DNA of 38,582 nucleotides from Chthoniobacterales bacterium (GCA_037141375.1 JBAXCT010000001.1:1-38582); one strand, 5' to 3'. Positions 7,420 through 18,062 are shown, counted from the stretch's first letter. Notes: generated by a model from the letters alone, not told the origin. Program-made: numbers and translations.

Positions 7420-8276
7420 GTGTCTTCCTTTTTACAGACCTCTTCTCCCCGGCGCAACGCGACAAGCACCGACCTCAGCTCATCCGGGCTGTCGCGGAAA
7501 CCCCGAACCACCGGATGCGATGACTCGGCAAAACCTCCGGGCGCGCCGCTGAAACAAATTCCACCGCCGTGCAACAACGCAACTTGGTTGCTCACCGCAA
7601 GCGCCTCGACCACGTCGTGCGTCACAATCACTGCGGTAAAACCGAAAATCAGCTGGTACTTCGCAATCATGCCGAACACCGCGTTCCGCCGCAAAGGATC
7701 CAGCCCGGCGGTTGGTTCGTCGAAAAAGACCATCTCGGGCTTCGTGACAATGGCGCGGGCCAAGGCAAGCCGTTTTTGCATGCCGCCTGATAGCTTGCTT
7801 GGATACTGGTCCGCGCTCTCCGCGAGTTCCAGTTGCCCGAGGGATTCCATGGCGCGCCGACGAATCTCAGTCCTTCCGAGGTCGGTCGTCTGCTCCAAGG
7901 GCAGCGACACGTTTTCCATGGCGGTGAGGGAATCAAAGAGAGCATTGCCCTGAAACAAGAAGCTGCAGCGTCGATGAAAATCCTCGCGTGCCGCTCGTTG
8001 ACGGAAGTCCAAGAGCTTGCCATCAAAGTAAATGCGTCCGGCATCAGGTTGCTCAACGTTGGCCAGACACTTAAGGAGCACGGACTTGCCTGCGCCGCTC
8101 GGACCGAGAACGGTGAAAACGCTCCCCTTCTCCACGCTAAATTCCACGGCACGCAGCACTTCCCGCCCTGCAAAGCCCTTTGATAGATCTTCAACGCGCA
8201 ACAACGCCTCCGTCGGTCCCGTCTTCGCGGGCCGGCTATGTATGCTGCTTGAGTGGAATGCGGCGGACGCCTTCAT
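7416..8276 (-). CDS. mlaF: ABC transporter ATP-binding protein MlaF
   Basis: Walker A GPSGAGKS, ABC signature LSGGMQKR and Walker B VFFDEPTAGLDP are present. It lies between the mlaE and mlaD genes. Confidence 0.9.
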   Translation of the reverse strand: MKASAAFHSSSIHSRPAKTGPTEALLRVEDLSKGFAGREVLRAVEFSVEKGSVFTVLGPSGAGKSVLLKCLANVEQPDAGRIYFDGKLLDFRQRAAREDFHRRCSFLFQGNALFDSLTAMENVSLPLEQTTDLGRTEIRRRAMESLGQLELAESADQYPSKLSGGMQKRLALARAIVTKPEMVFFDEPTAGLDPLRRNAVFGMIAKYQLIFGFTAVIVTHDVVEALAVSNQVALLHGGGICFSGAPGGFAESSHPVVRGFRDSPDELRSVLVALRRGEEVCKKEDT

Positions 8277-8279
8277 GCT

Positions 8280-9056
8280 TCAGACGAGAAATGAGGTGAT
8301 TGCATAATCGGCAGCAAGAATAGTGATGCATGAGATGACCACGGCCTTCGTGGTAGCGGCACTGACCGCTCTGGCTCCAGTCGCGTAAGAAATACGGTTC
8401 GCGTGGAAGCCCGCATAGGCGCAGATACTGATGGTCAGCAGGCCGAAGGTTACGGCTTTGAGCAGACACTCTCTTACATCCTTGCTTTCCACAGCGCGCT
8501 CGACCGCGGACCAGTAGACTCCCGGATCAACGCCGAGCAGCAGCGAACCCGAGAGGCTGCCTCCCCACAATCCGACAGCAACGAACAATGCGGTTTGCAG
8601 AGGGAAAACAAACAGTGCCGCAAGGAGACGCGGAGTAACAAGGTAGCCGCGGCTGTCGATTCCCATGGTCTCCAAGGCGGCGATCTGCTCGGAGTTGCGC
8701 TGGATGCCGAGTTCCGCGGCCAAAGCGGAGCCGGCCTGACCGACAAGCATCAACGAGGCCAGGACCGGAGCCATTTCACGCACCAGGCTGAGCGAGACCA
8801 GCGTGCCCAACAATCCTTCGGAGCCGAAGCGGTTCAGCACGTAATACCCTTGCAGGCCAAGGACGAGGCCGGTGAAAAGTCCCACGATGAGAATCACCGG
8901 CAAGCAGCGAAATCCCTGTTCGTAAATCGAGCGGATGACACGGCTGGGCAACCGCCGGGCGGAGAGGGTCGCAGTGAGCGAGGCGCCGAGGAAGAGGCCG
9001 AAATCCCCCAAGCCCCGCACGCGGGTGAGCGTCAAATGGCCGAGGGCATTGATCAC
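8280..9056 (-). CDS. mlaE: ABC transporter permease MlaE
   Basis: GTG start at 9054-9056, 258 aa. The conserved MlaE core is LVREMAPVLASLMLVGQAGSALAAELGIQRNSEQIAALETMGID. It is the first gene of the mla operon. Confidence 0.9.
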   Translation of the reverse strand: MINALGHLTLTRVRGLGDFGLFLGASLTATLSARRLPSRVIRSIYEQGFRCLPVILIVGLFTGLVLGLQGYYVLNRFGSEGLLGTLVSLSLVREMAPVLASLMLVGQAGSALAAELGIQRNSEQIAALETMGIDSRGYLVTPRLLAALFVFPLQTALFVAVGLWGGSLSGSLLLGVDPGVYWSAVERAVESKDVRECLLKAVTFGLLTISICAYAGFHANRISYATGARAVSAATTKAVVISCITILAADYAITSFLV

Positions 9057-9197
9057 AGGGCATGCCTATATCACAAAGCTGAGGCCATGACGAGATCCGG
9101 TGCCCACTGAAGCGCCGTCGTGCCCATCCCTGCCGCGTGATCCTTGTCGGGGAGAGCTTGGACGCTTTGTTGATCCTCTCTACAAATACGTCCCGAC

Positions 9198-10493
9198 ATG
9201 ACACCCGCGGAACTGGCCGAGGCCGACAAGCGCCATATTTGGCACCCCTTCACGCAGATGCGCGACTGGTGCAACCCGGATCATGATCCGATCATTCTGG
9301 TCGAGGGTCGCGGCAGCAAGTTGATCGACGCGCAGGGACGCAACTATCTCGACGGGAACAGCTCGATCTGGACGAACATCCACGGCCATTCGCATCCTCG
9401 GATTGTTTCGGCGATCAAGGATCAGGCCGCCAAGCTGGCACACAGTTCGTTCCTCGGGTTCAGCAACGAGCCTGCGATCCGCTTGGCGAAAAAGTTGGTC
9501 GCTCTGTTTCCAGCGGATACGCTGACTCGCGTTTTTTTCTCCGATAACGGTTCCACCGCGATCGAAGTCGCATTGAAGATGGCCGTCCAGTTTCACCAAC
9601 TCATCGGTGGTCCGGAGCGATGCCGCTTTGCCACCTTCGAAAACGCCTATCACGGAGATACCGCCGGGGCGGCGAGCCTTGGCGGCATTGGCGCCTTCCA
9701 TGACCGATTTGCCTCGCTGCAGTTTCCTGTAGTGCGTTTGGACGGGATCAAGGCCCTTGTGACTTTGGATCGCGAAACCATCGGCACGTTGGCCGCCGTC
9801 GTGATCGAGCCTCTGGTCCAAGGCGCGGCAGGCATGCGGACTTGGCCGCGTGGAATGCTGCGCGAATTGCGAGAATGGTGCGATCGGCAGGGCGTCCTAT
9901 TGATTTTCGACGAGGTTATGACCGGATTCGGCCGGACGGGAAAAATGTTCGCTGGCGAGCACGAGGCCGTAGTCCCGGACTTTCTCGCGCTAGCCAAGGG
10001 TTTGACCGGTGGCGCGATGCCCTTGGCCGCGACCCTGACCACGGAGCGCATTTTCGACGCATTTCTCGGAGACTACGCGGAAATGAAAACGCTCTTCTAC
10101 GGCCACAGCTACTGCGGGAACCCCCTCGCCTGCGCTTCAGCCTTGGCAAATTTGGCGATTTTCGAGGAGGAGCAAACGTTGGACAGGCTGCAGCCCAAGA
10201 TCACCCATTTAGGGGAACTGCTCTGCGAACTGGCGGCACATCCGCATGTCGGGGACGTGCGCCAGTGCGGGCTCATCGCGGGCATCGACGTGGTGCGGGA
10301 TGATGGGAGCGCCTATCCTTGGCAGGACCAGACAGGGGCCCGAGTCTGTGTCGCCGCCCGCCGGCACGGTCTCCTCACCCGCCCGGTTCGGGATACGCTG
10401 ATCCTTATGCCCCCGCTCTGCTTCACTCCAGGCGAGTTGGCGGAGGCGGTCGGCGCCCTGCGGGAGGCCGTTGCCGAAATCTGCGGCGGATGA
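9198..10493 (+). CDS. bioA: adenosylmethionine-8-amino-7-oxononanoate aminotransferase
   Basis: 431 aa. It has the BioA N-terminal hallmark HIWHPFTQM and class III aminotransferase blocks FFSDNGSTAIEVALKMA, YHGDTAGAAS and FDEVMTGFGRTGKMFA. Confidence 0.92.
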   Translation: MTPAELAEADKRHIWHPFTQMRDWCNPDHDPIILVEGRGSKLIDAQGRNYLDGNSSIWTNIHGHSHPRIVSAIKDQAAKLAHSSFLGFSNEPAIRLAKKLVALFPADTLTRVFFSDNGSTAIEVALKMAVQFHQLIGGPERCRFATFENAYHGDTAGAASLGGIGAFHDRFASLQFPVVRLDGIKALVTLDRETIGTLAAVVIEPLVQGAAGMRTWPRGMLRELREWCDRQGVLLIFDEVMTGFGRTGKMFAGEHEAVVPDFLALAKGLTGGAMPLAATLTTERIFDAFLGDYAEMKTLFYGHSYCGNPLACASALANLAIFEEEQTLDRLQPKITHLGELLCELAAHPHVGDVRQCGLIAGIDVVRDDGSAYPWQDQTGARVCVAARRHGLLTRPVRDTLILMPPLCFTPGELAEAVGALREAVAEICGG

Positions 10494-10506
10494 GGCCTGT
10501 CCGGCT

Positions 10507-10533
10507 TTGACAGCGGGATAGCTTCCGGATAAT
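10507..10533 (+). promoter_or_regulatory. candidate sigma70-type promoter for ppdK
   Basis: A perfect -35 TTGACA at 10507-10512 is followed by a 15-nt spacer and GATAAT at 10528-10533. Alternatively TAATTC follows after a 17-nt spacer. The site lies about 40 nt upstream of the ppdK ATG. This is a motif match only. Confidence 0.2.
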
Positions 10534-10570
10534 TCTACTCGTTCTGTCCGATCTAATTTATACAAAACAC

Positions 10571-13327
10571 ATGAGCAAATCGTCCAAAAACAAAAGCGGC
10601 AAAAAGTCAAAAGGCAAAGCCGGAACCAAAGGCAAATACGTTTACTGCTTCGGCGATGGCAAGGCCGACGGCGATGGAAAAATGAAGCCCCTGCTCGGCG
10701 GCAAAGGAGCCAATCTGGCCGAGATGACGCGTATCGGGCTGCCGGTGCCTCCGGGGTTTACCATCACCACGGAGGTCTGCACCTATTTCTACGAGAACAA
10801 AAAGACTTACCCGAAGAAACTGCAGCTGCAGATCGAAGCAGGCGTGCGCAACATGGAAAAAATCATGGGCACAAAATTCGGCGACGCCAAGGGCTTTCCT
10901 CTCCTCTTGGCCGTCCGCTCCGGCGCGCGCGACTCGATGCCAGGCATGATGGACACCATCCTCAACCTCGGGCTCAACGACGAGACTGTTCAGTCCCTTG
11001 CGAAGGCCACAAAAAACGAGCGTTTCGCGTGGGATTGCTACCGGCGCTTCGTTCAGATGTACGGTGACGTCGTTCTTGGCGTGCAGAAGAGCGAAGGTGA
11101 AGACCACGAACCGTTCGAATCGGTCATCCACGAGTTCAAGCACGCGAAGTACCACAACGACATCGTTGACAGCGAACTCACCGCGGAGGACCAAAAAGAG
11201 CTCGTCAAAAAGTTTAAGGAACTGGTCAAAACCCGCACGGGCAAAACCTTTCCGGCCAATCCGTGGGATCAGCTCAAAGGCGCCGTCGGTGCGGTGTTCA
11301 GCTCATGGATGAATGACCGCGCGATCGTCTATCGCCGCAAATACAACATCCCCGCCGCATGGGGCACCGCCGTGAACGTGCAGGCGATGGTGTTCGGCAA
11401 CACTGGCGAAACATCCGGTTCCGGCGTGGCATTCACCCGCAACCCGGCCAACGGCGCGAACGAATTTTACGGTGAATTTCTGATCAACGCACAAGGCGAA
11501 GACGTTGTCGCCGGCGTGCGCACGCCGGAGCCAGTCAGCAAGCTGAAGAAGGCGATGCCCAAGTCCTATGCCGAACTCATGAAAGTTCGCGCGATCCTCG
11601 AAAAGCACTACAGGGACGTGCAGGACGTGGAGTTTACAGTCCAGGAAGGCAAGCTGTTCATGCTTCAGACCCGCAACGGCAAGCGCACCGCGATGGCCGC
11701 GCTGAAGTTCTCGATGGACATGGTCAAAGAAAAGCTCATCGACTGGAAGACAGCGATCCTGCGCAATCCGGCCGATCAACTCGACCAACTCCTTGCTCCG
11801 GTTTTCGATATCGCCGAAGCGAAAAAAGCCAAAGTCATCGCCACTGGTCTTCCCGCCGGACCGGGCGCCGCTTCCGGCAAAATCTACATGAATGCCGAAC
11901 GCGCAGTCGAAGCCGCCGAGAGGGGCGAAAAAGTCCTCCTCGTCCGCACGGAGACATCGCCGGAAGACCTCCGCGGCATGATCGCCGCCGAGGGCATCCT
12001 CACGGCAAAGGGCGGCGTCTCTTCGCATGCTGCTCTCGTGGCCCGGCAGATGGGCAAAGTTTGCATCTGTGGTGCCGCAGCCCTCGGGATCGATTACGAT
12101 GCCCGCAAGGTCACGGTGGACGGTGAAACCTTCAAGGAAGGTGACTTCCTCTCGATCGACGGTACGGCAGGGAATGTTTACGCAGGTCAGCTCAAAACCT
12201 CGCCCTCGGAAATTATCACTGGCCTCATTGAGCGCAACCAAGCCGCCCTCAAAACAGAGAAAGTGAAAAATTTCAAGCAGCTGATGGAGTGGTGCTCAAA
12301 AGTGACCAGGCTCGCCGTTCGCACCAACGCGGATACGCCGGATCAGACCGAAACCGCCATTGCCTTTGGCGCAACTGGCATTGGCCTCACCCGCACAGAG
12401 CACATGTTCTTTGAGGGAAATCGCATCGACGCCATGCGCGAGATGATCCTCGCGACGGACGAGCAAAGCCGCCGCGCGGCTTTGGCCAAGCTCCTGCCAT
12501 ATCAGCGCGCAGACTTCACCGGTATTTTCACCGCCCTCAAAGGTTTTCCGGCGACGATCCGCCTGCTGGATCCGCCCCTCCACGAGTTTCTCCCTCACAC
12601 CAAAGAGCAGCAGCTCGACCTCGCCCGCAGTATCGGCATGAAGGTGGAACACATCATCCATCGCGTGCAGAGTCTCCATGAGGCGAATCCGATGCTCGGC
12701 CACCGCGGGTGCCGCCTCGGCATCGCCTACCCGGAGATCACCGAGATGCAGGCGCGCGCCATCTTTGAAGCTGCCGCCGATGTGGCGAAGAAAAAGATCA
12801 AAGTGAAGCCCGAGGTCATGATCCCGCTCGTCGGGTTCAAGAAGGAACTCGACCTCCAGGTCGAAATCGTGCACCGCGTCGCCAAGGAAGTCATGGCCGA
12901 GAAGAAGATCAAGTTCGACTACCTCGTCGGCACCATGATCGAAGTGCCCCGCGGAGCCATCACTGCTGACGAAATTGCGGAAACCGCGCAGTTCTTCAGC
13001 TTCGGTACAAACGACCTGACCCAAACCGCTCTCGGCATCAGCCGCGACGACATGGGAACATTCCTCGGGGCCTACACGGAGAACGAAGTCTTTAGTAAAA
13101 ATCCATTCGCCAGCTTGGACCAGACGGGGGTCGGCGAACTCATGAAGATCGCCATCAAAAAGGGCCGCCAAACCAAAAAGGATATTAAACTAGGTATCTG
13201 CGGCGAACACGGTGGAGACCCTGACTCCGTCAAGTTCTGCCACGAGATCGGCCTCGACTACGTGAGCTGCTCGCCTTTTCGTGTGCCGATCGCTCGATTG
13301 GCGGCAGCCCAAGCAGCCCTGAGCTAA
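10571..13327 (+). CDS. ppdK: pyruvate, phosphate dikinase
   Basis: 918 aa. N-terminal [10 protein letters not shown], the phospho-histidine motif [16 protein letters not shown] and the C-terminal PEP-utilising TIM-barrel blocks ([21 protein letters not shown]) are all present. Confidence 0.97.
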   Translation: MSKSSKNKSGKKSKGKAGTKGKYVYCFGDGKADGDGKMKPLLGGKGANLAEMTRIGLPVPPGFTITTEVCTYFYENKKTYPKKLQLQIEAGVRNMEKIMGTKFGDAKGFPLLLAVRSGARDSMPGMMDTILNLGLNDETVQSLAKATKNERFAWDCYRRFVQMYGDVVLGVQKSEGEDHEPFESVIHEFKHAKYHNDIVDSELTAEDQKELVKKFKELVKTRTGKTFPANPWDQLKGAVGAVFSSWMNDRAIVYRRKYNIPAAWGTAVNVQAMVFGNTGETSGSGVAFTRNPANGANEFYGEFLINAQGEDVVAGVRTPEPVSKLKKAMPKSYAELMKVRAILEKHYRDVQDVEFTVQEGKLFMLQTRNGKRTAMAALKFSMDMVKEKLIDWKTAILRNPADQLDQLLAPVFDIAEAKKAKVIATGLPAGPGAASGKIYMNAERAVEAAERGEKVLLVRTETSPEDLRGMIAAEGILTAKGGVSSHAALVARQMGKVCICGAAALGIDYDARKVTVDGETFKEGDFLSIDGTAGNVYAGQLKTSPSEIITGLIERNQAALKTEKVKNFKQLMEWCSKVTRLAVRTNADTPDQTETAIAFGATGIGLTRTEHMFFEGNRIDAMREMILATDEQSRRAALAKLLPYQRADFTGIFTALKGFPATIRLLDPPLHEFLPHTKEQQLDLARSIGMKVEHIIHRVQSLHEANPMLGHRGCRLGIAYPEITEMQARAIFEAAADVAKKKIKVKPEVMIPLVGFKKELDLQVEIVHRVAKEVMAEKKIKFDYLVGTMIEVPRGAITADEIAETAQFFSFGTNDLTQTALGISRDDMGTFLGAYTENEVFSKNPFASLDQTGVGELMKIAIKKGRQTKKDIKLGICGEHGGDPDSVKFCHEIGLDYVSCSPFRVPIARLAAAQAALS

Positions 13328-13353
13328 AATCCCGGGAATTTCCCTCCCGTTCT

Positions 13354-13390
13354 CCCGTACCGCGCTAGGCGCGGGGCGGGATTTTAGTTT
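13354..13390 (+). terminator. rho-independent terminator downstream of ppdK
   Basis: A GC-rich hairpin pairs 13360-13365 (ccgcgc) with 13369-13374 (gcgcgg) around loop tag. It is extended by 13354-13357 (cccg) pairing with 13377-13380 (cggg). ATTTTAGTTT follows immediately. Confidence 0.7.
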
Positions 13391-13425
13391 GCACTCATCA
13401 CCGTGCGGTGGTCATTGTCGCCCAT

Positions 13426-14970
13426 ATGCAGTTTTTGCACCGCCATTGGGCGCTGTTCTTGGTGGTACTCGTGGCTGCAAATCCTTTGCAGGCCCGCGAG
13501 TTCACCCTGATCTCCTACAATGTTGAAAATCTTTTCGACGCCGACAAAATCGCGATTTTCGACGATTACGCCGAGACAGGCGAGCCAGACTCCTACTCGC
13601 CGGCCAAGATGCTGCGCAAGATGCAGTCCATCGGCAAAGTTCTGAAATCATTCAACCACGGGGACGGTCCTGAGATCGCATGCTTGAATGAACTGGAGTT
13701 GGACTTCACTCCAGACTCGAAAGTGACCGACTACGACGCATTCCTCAAAAAATACAAAAACACCACGGCGGAAAAGATGCTCACATCGGAGTTGAGCGAC
13801 GAAATCCGCGGCTTGCCTGCCGAAGCGTTGCTCCTGAAGCACCTCGATGATCAAGGCATGAAAGGCTACCATGTGGCGGTCGGAATGGATGAGCCGGACT
13901 TTGCCGCTTTGGCCAGCACGGAGCGTGGCGTTCACAAAAAGGGACAGAAGAACGGGATTTTCAGCAAATTTCCGATCACCGCGACCCGCAGCCACCCGAC
14001 CTCTGAGGCCCGAGATATTCTTGAGGCCACGCTCGACGTGGATGGCCATCCGCTCACGGTGTTCGTCAATCATTGGAAGTCCGGTGCCGGCAGCCTCCAG
14101 TCGGAGCAATCCCGCCGCTTCAATGCAAAAACTTTACGAGATCGTCTCGAGGAAATTTTCGCGAAGAACCCGGCGGCGGATGTGGTCTTGGCGGGCGACT
14201 TCAATAGCCAATACAAACAATCTTTGGCCTACCCTCATATGGGTAAGACTGGGCTCAATGATATCTTGGGCTCCCAAGGTGACGAGAAGGCCACGGCCGA
14301 CGCGACCAACCTAAGCCTCTACAACCTCTGGCACGAAGTTCCTGAATCTGAAAGGCACTCAGATTACTACGACGGGAAATGGGGTACACTCATGCAGTTG
14401 ATGGTCACTCCGGGCCTCTACGACGACAACGGGGTGCAGTATGTGGACAATTCCTTCCAGGTCGTGGCTTTGGACGGCGTGAATACGGTGACCCACGCCA
14501 AACTACCGCATCGTTGGAGCAATGCCGGACGAGGATCAGGGGCAAGCGATCACTTCCCGATCAGCATGTGCCTTCGCACCGTGGATGAGAAAGACAGCAC
14601 GAAGCGCGAGGAAGTTAGCCATCCGGGGGTTCCGGCCAAGAGCGGAGATTTGCTGCCCGTTTTCGCGGCCCTCAAGCCGGTTGACTGCCCTGAATTCACG
14701 CCGGCCATCGGGAAAAGCACTTCCGAGCATATGGGCGAAATATTCCATGTTACGGGTGCGGTTGCTTCCGTGAGGCCGCTGGTCATCAGCGTGCACGGAG
14801 CGGAATACTCCCTATGGACGAGCGATAAAGAATCACCCGCTTTGCAGCCCGTGCGCAAGATGGCCAGAGGATCCAAAATCGATATCCTCGGAATGCTCTC
14901 TGTCTACAAGGGAAAGCCCCAGTTTCTCGTCGAGGATCCTTCTTGGGTGATTAACCTAACGGGCAAGTGA
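13426..14970 (+). CDS. secreted endonuclease/exonuclease/phosphatase (EEP) family protein with a C-terminal OB-like domain
   Basis: I prefer the ATG at 13426 over the GTG at 13408 because it gives the signal peptide MQFLHRHWALFLVVLVAANPLQA|RE. EEP hallmarks are LISYNVENLFD near the N-terminus, NHWKSG, and SDHFPI near the end of the catalytic domain. The last ~100 aa (HVTGAVASV...YKGKPQFLVEDP) look like a small beta-barrel. Confidence 0.8.
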   Translation: MQFLHRHWALFLVVLVAANPLQAREFTLISYNVENLFDADKIAIFDDYAETGEPDSYSPAKMLRKMQSIGKVLKSFNHGDGPEIACLNELELDFTPDSKVTDYDAFLKKYKNTTAEKMLTSELSDEIRGLPAEALLLKHLDDQGMKGYHVAVGMDEPDFAALASTERGVHKKGQKNGIFSKFPITATRSHPTSEARDILEATLDVDGHPLTVFVNHWKSGAGSLQSEQSRRFNAKTLRDRLEEIFAKNPAADVVLAGDFNSQYKQSLAYPHMGKTGLNDILGSQGDEKATADATNLSLYNLWHEVPESERHSDYYDGKWGTLMQLMVTPGLYDDNGVQYVDNSFQVVALDGVNTVTHAKLPHRWSNAGRGSGASDHFPISMCLRTVDEKDSTKREEVSHPGVPAKSGDLLPVFAALKPVDCPEFTPAIGKSTSEHMGEIFHVTGAVASVRPLVISVHGAEYSLWTSDKESPALQPVRKMARGSKIDILGMLSVYKGKPQFLVEDPSWVINLTGK

Positions 14971-14988
14971 AAGTGCGGCCGCACAGGT

Positions 14989-15219
14989 TTAGCTTTCCCT
15001 TATAACGCGGTAGAAGTGCCCCCGCACGCAGCGCAACAAAAAGGCCAGCAAGGGCAGCGCGAAAAGAGCGACGAAAACTTTGAATATACCTTCCTCCCAC
15101 TTCCCGTCCAGAAGTGCAGCAAAGGCAATAACAACCATCCCAACCAACCCGGCGAATCCCAAAAGGAGGCTCGCAGGCATAACGTGGCGTCTGAAGGCAT
15201 CGCTCTCCCGCCTCCGCAT
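14989..15219 (-). CDS. hypothetical small membrane protein (start uncertain: ATG 15219, or 15285 in the track)
   Basis: Two hydrophobic helices are present (PASLLLGFAGLVGMVVIAFAALL; IFKVFVALFALPLLAFLL). It lies downstream of gltA on the same strand. I recognised no family, so coding status is not secure. Confidence 0.35.
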   Translation of the reverse strand: MRRRESDAFRRHVMPASLLLGFAGLVGMVVIAFAALLDGKWEEGIFKVFVALFALPLLAFLLRCVRGHFYRVIRES

Positions 15220-15330
15220 GATGCGCGTTGTTCGGTCAGTAAAACGATTCACAGATCGCGACAATATTAAACTAGCATAACACATTCAATACCCTGTTTA
15301 GGGTATCTGGCGACCTGCGGCACTTTTTTC

Positions 15331-16635
15331 TTAAATCCCGCGCTCCTCGATGGCGACGTAGTCCCTTTGGGTTGGTCCGGTATAAATCTGCCGGGGCCGA
15401 TGGATCTTCATTTTGCCGTTGGTGGCCACCTCTCGCCAGTTTGCGATCCAACCAGGCATGCGCCCAATGGCGAACATTACGGGGAACATATCGACCGGAA
15501 TGCCGATGGCGCGGAGGATGATGCCGCTGTAGAAGTCGACGTTGGGATAAAGCTTGCGCGAAATGAAGTATTCGTCGCTCAGGGCAACCTCTTCGAGGTG
15601 TCGGGCAATCCCGAGCAACGGGTCGTTGATGCCCATCGATGTCAGCACTCGCCTCGCTGCCTCTCCCAAAATACGGGCCCGAGGATCGTAGTTCTTGTAA
15701 ACGCGATGACCAAAACCCATGAGCCGGCGCTCGCCTTTTTTGGCCGCCTCCACCGCTTTTCTGCCATCATCTCCGGATGCGCTGATCTCCTCGAGCATTT
15801 CGATGACTGCGGCATTGGCGCCACCATGGAGCGGTCCCCAGAGCGCTCCGACGCCGGCCGAAACGCTGGCAAAAAGATTCGCCCCGCTGGAGGCCACCAT
15901 GCGCACGGTCGATGTGCTGCAGTTCTGCTCGTGGTCGGCATGAAGCAGGAGGATGAGGTCAAGCGCATCGGTGACTTCCGGCTTGGGATTGTAGTCGTGA
16001 TACGGCTCGGAAAACATCATATGCAGGAAGTTGGCCGCATAGCGCAAATCCCAGCGGGGGTAAACGAAAGGGAGCCCTCGCTTGGCGCGGTAGGACATGG
16101 CCGCCAGAGTTCGCACCTTGGAAATCAGCAGGCAAGCCGCCGCATCGAAGTGCTTAAGTTCCTCCGCGCGATTGTGCGAGGTCATCTCGGGGTAGTAACA
16201 CCCCAGAGAGTTGAGCATCGCCGACAGGATCGCCATCGGATGGGAGGTGTGCGGAAATCCCTGGAAGAATTGTCCCATGCCTTCATGCACCGACGCGTTG
16301 GAGGCGATACGGCCTCGGAATTTCGAAAGCTGCTTTGAATCCGGAAGCTCCCCGTAGATGATCAGGTAGGCTGTCTCCAAGAAAATCGATTCCGCCGCCA
16401 GATCCTCGATGCGGTAACCGCGGTGGCGAAGGATTCCTTTTTCGCCGTCGATAAATGTGATATTGCTGATGCACGAGCCCGTGTTGGCGAATCCATCGTC
16501 AAAGGTGATGTAGCCGGATTTTTCGCGCAGTTCGCGGACATCGACTGCGCTTTCCTGCTCGGTGCCAGTGATGACTGGCAAATCGACGGTTGTGCCTCCA
16601 GGCAATTCAAGTTTCGCAGTTACTTTGTGATCCAT
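15331..16635 (-). CDS. gltA: citrate synthase (type II)
   Basis: 434 aa. It carries the citrate synthase signature [14 protein letters not shown] and the blocks [17 protein letters not shown] and DFYSGIIL. Confidence 0.95.
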   Translation of the reverse strand: MDHKVTAKLELPGGTTVDLPVITGTEQESAVDVRELREKSGYITFDDGFANTGSCISNITFIDGEKGILRHRGYRIEDLAAESIFLETAYLIIYGELPDSKQLSKFRGRIASNASVHEGMGQFFQGFPHTSHPMAILSAMLNSLGCYYPEMTSHNRAEELKHFDAAACLLISKVRTLAAMSYRAKRGLPFVYPRWDLRYAANFLHMMFSEPYHDYNPKPEVTDALDLILLLHADHEQNCSTSTVRMVASSGANLFASVSAGVGALWGPLHGGANAAVIEMLEEISASGDDGRKAVEAAKKGERRLMGFGHRVYKNYDPRARILGEAARRVLTSMGINDPLLGIARHLEEVALSDEYFISRKLYPNVDFYSGIILRAIGIPVDMFPVMFAIGRMPGWIANWREVATNGKMKIHRPRQIYTGPTQRDYVAIEERGI

Positions 16636-16872
16636 AAGACTTTCAGGCGCAAATACGCGTTAGCCTAACCTGCTTGCTGCGGCTCTGCCAAACAAAAGGA
16701 CCCACCAGCTCCGTAATTTTAAAACTCATCTTCCGAGGAAGTCCGTAGGCATGTTCCGGCGGCAAGGGCCGAAGCTTGGTCGTGCTCGATCAGCGCGGCA
16801 GTCGCAGCTCACGATACCAAGAACAGCTGTTCGCCATCCTCAGAAGACCTCTGCCGACGGGCTCGAGTTACG

Positions 16873-17958
16873 TTAAGTGCTCCTTGCGGCGTATGGGGAT
16901 CCCATTGATCCGTCCGGGAGAATGTCGCGGCGCCAGACCACGCCGACAAGTTGACCCCCAGCATTGATCACCGGGAGAAAGTCGTGCACCGATATTGCGG
17001 CCTGCTCTCTCGCCGCCGCGACCGGCAACTCCGCTGCTAAGGGGGCTAAATCAGTACGCCTGAGGCGCCCCACGCCGAATCCCCCTTCTTGCGCCATCGC
17101 CGCGGCAAGGTCGGATGCAAGAACGACCCCCAAGAACCGCAGTTGCGCGTCCACCAAGGGATAGGCGGAAGCCGGTTGTCCCATGGCCATACGCGCAGCC
17201 TCCAGCACGGTCATGGCGGGGTTCAGGAGCGGTGGAGGCGGTTCCATGATTTGCGCCACTTTTGTCTCTTCCATGCTTTCTTTGAATGTGGCGTAAGCTG
17301 CTTCCTGCTGCGCGCCGAAGAAGACGAACGTCGCGATGAAAAGAAGCATGGGGTTTCCCAGCAATCCCAAGATGCCGAGAAGGATAGCCAAAGCTTGTCC
17401 TATGCCAGCGGCGATCCTCGTAGCGCGTGCATGTTTGAGCCTGGTCGCAAGCAACGCGCGCAGAATCCTGCCGCCGTCCATGGGAAACGCAGGGATGAGA
17501 TTGAAGACGACAAGCATGACATTGACGGCCAGGAGCTTGGTCAGCAGGTTGCCGCGCTGGTCCTCCACGCCTGCCAAATCCCCAAGGTCAAAAAATTTTC
17601 CGAGAATGACGTAGAGCCCGAAGGCGATGACCACGTTCACCGCGGGACCCGCCAAAGCGACGACCAGCTCCTGCGAGGGTTTCTCGGGCATGCGCTCGAG
17701 TCTTGCCACACCTCCGATCGGTAGCAGGGTGATATCTGGAGTGTGGATTCCGTAGGCGCGCGCAGCCAGAGCGTGACCGAATTCGTGCAGGACAACGCAC
17801 ACGAACAAAAGCAAAATAAAAGTGAGCCCCGCGACTGCGGCGCCCATGCCCCCAGACTGATAATATCCGGATCCCAGCCAGACAAGCAGGAGGAGGAACG
17901 TGGCATGTATCCTCACGTCGATGCCCGCGACCCGTGCAATTTGGAACGACCATTTCAC
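16873..17958 (-). CDS. site-2 protease (M50) family metalloprotease with C-terminal CBS pair
   Basis: HEFGHALAA (HExxH) and NLIPAFPMDGGRIL motifs are present, with CBS-like repeats at the C-terminus. I prefer the GTG at 17956-17958 (VKWSFQIARVAGIDVRIH..., the usual M50 N-terminus). The track start at 18048 would leave only 14 nt to the divergent neighbour. Confidence 0.85.
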   Translation of the reverse strand: MKWSFQIARVAGIDVRIHATFLLLLVWLGSGYYQSGGMGAAVAGLTFILLLFVCVVLHEFGHALAARAYGIHTPDITLLPIGGVARLERMPEKPSQELVVALAGPAVNVVIAFGLYVILGKFFDLGDLAGVEDQRGNLLTKLLAVNVMLVVFNLIPAFPMDGGRILRALLATRLKHARATRIAAGIGQALAILLGILGLLGNPMLLFIATFVFFGAQQEAAYATFKESMEETKVAQIMEPPPPLLNPAMTVLEAARMAMGQPASAYPLVDAQLRFLGVVLASDLAAAMAQEGGFGVGRLRRTDLAPLAAELPVAAAREQAAISVHDFLPVINAGGQLVGVVWRRDILPDGSMGSPYAARST

Positions 17959-18062
17959 GACTGAACCCTTCCGCAGGACTTCTCCGGCGGCAAGGCCAAA
18001 GCAGACTGGCGTTTTTTCAGGCTGGTCACGAGGCTTTCCAAGAGGCATTTTTCGCGGCGGTT

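Noticed and set aside
8403-9110. + strand ORF of 235 aa
   Set aside because: It is antisense to mlaE. Its composition (Q/R/E/G-rich) is not protein-like, and mlaE is well supported.
11303-13171. Minus-strand ORFs 11303..12241 (312 aa) and 12296..13171 (291 aa)
   Set aside because: They are fully embedded antisense in ppdK. No recognisable motifs; a high-GC antisense frame artefact.
14973-14984. Perfect 12-nt palindrome GTGCGGCCGCAC (contains a NotI site) between convergent genes
   Set aside because: It is too short to form a stable terminator hairpin (4-bp stem at most once a loop is allowed) and has no flanking T/A tracts. It is likely fortuitous in GC-rich DNA.
15289-15306. ATACCC-N6-GGGTAT hairpin just downstream of gltA (minus strand) as a terminator
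   Set aside because: The stem is only 6 bp and the following sequence is only moderately U-rich (UUGAAUGUGUUAUGC...). That is too weak to call, and if real it would cast further doubt on the small ORF 14989..15285.
15367-16338. + strand ORF of 323 aa
   Set aside because: It is antisense to citrate synthase and shows no protein-like features.
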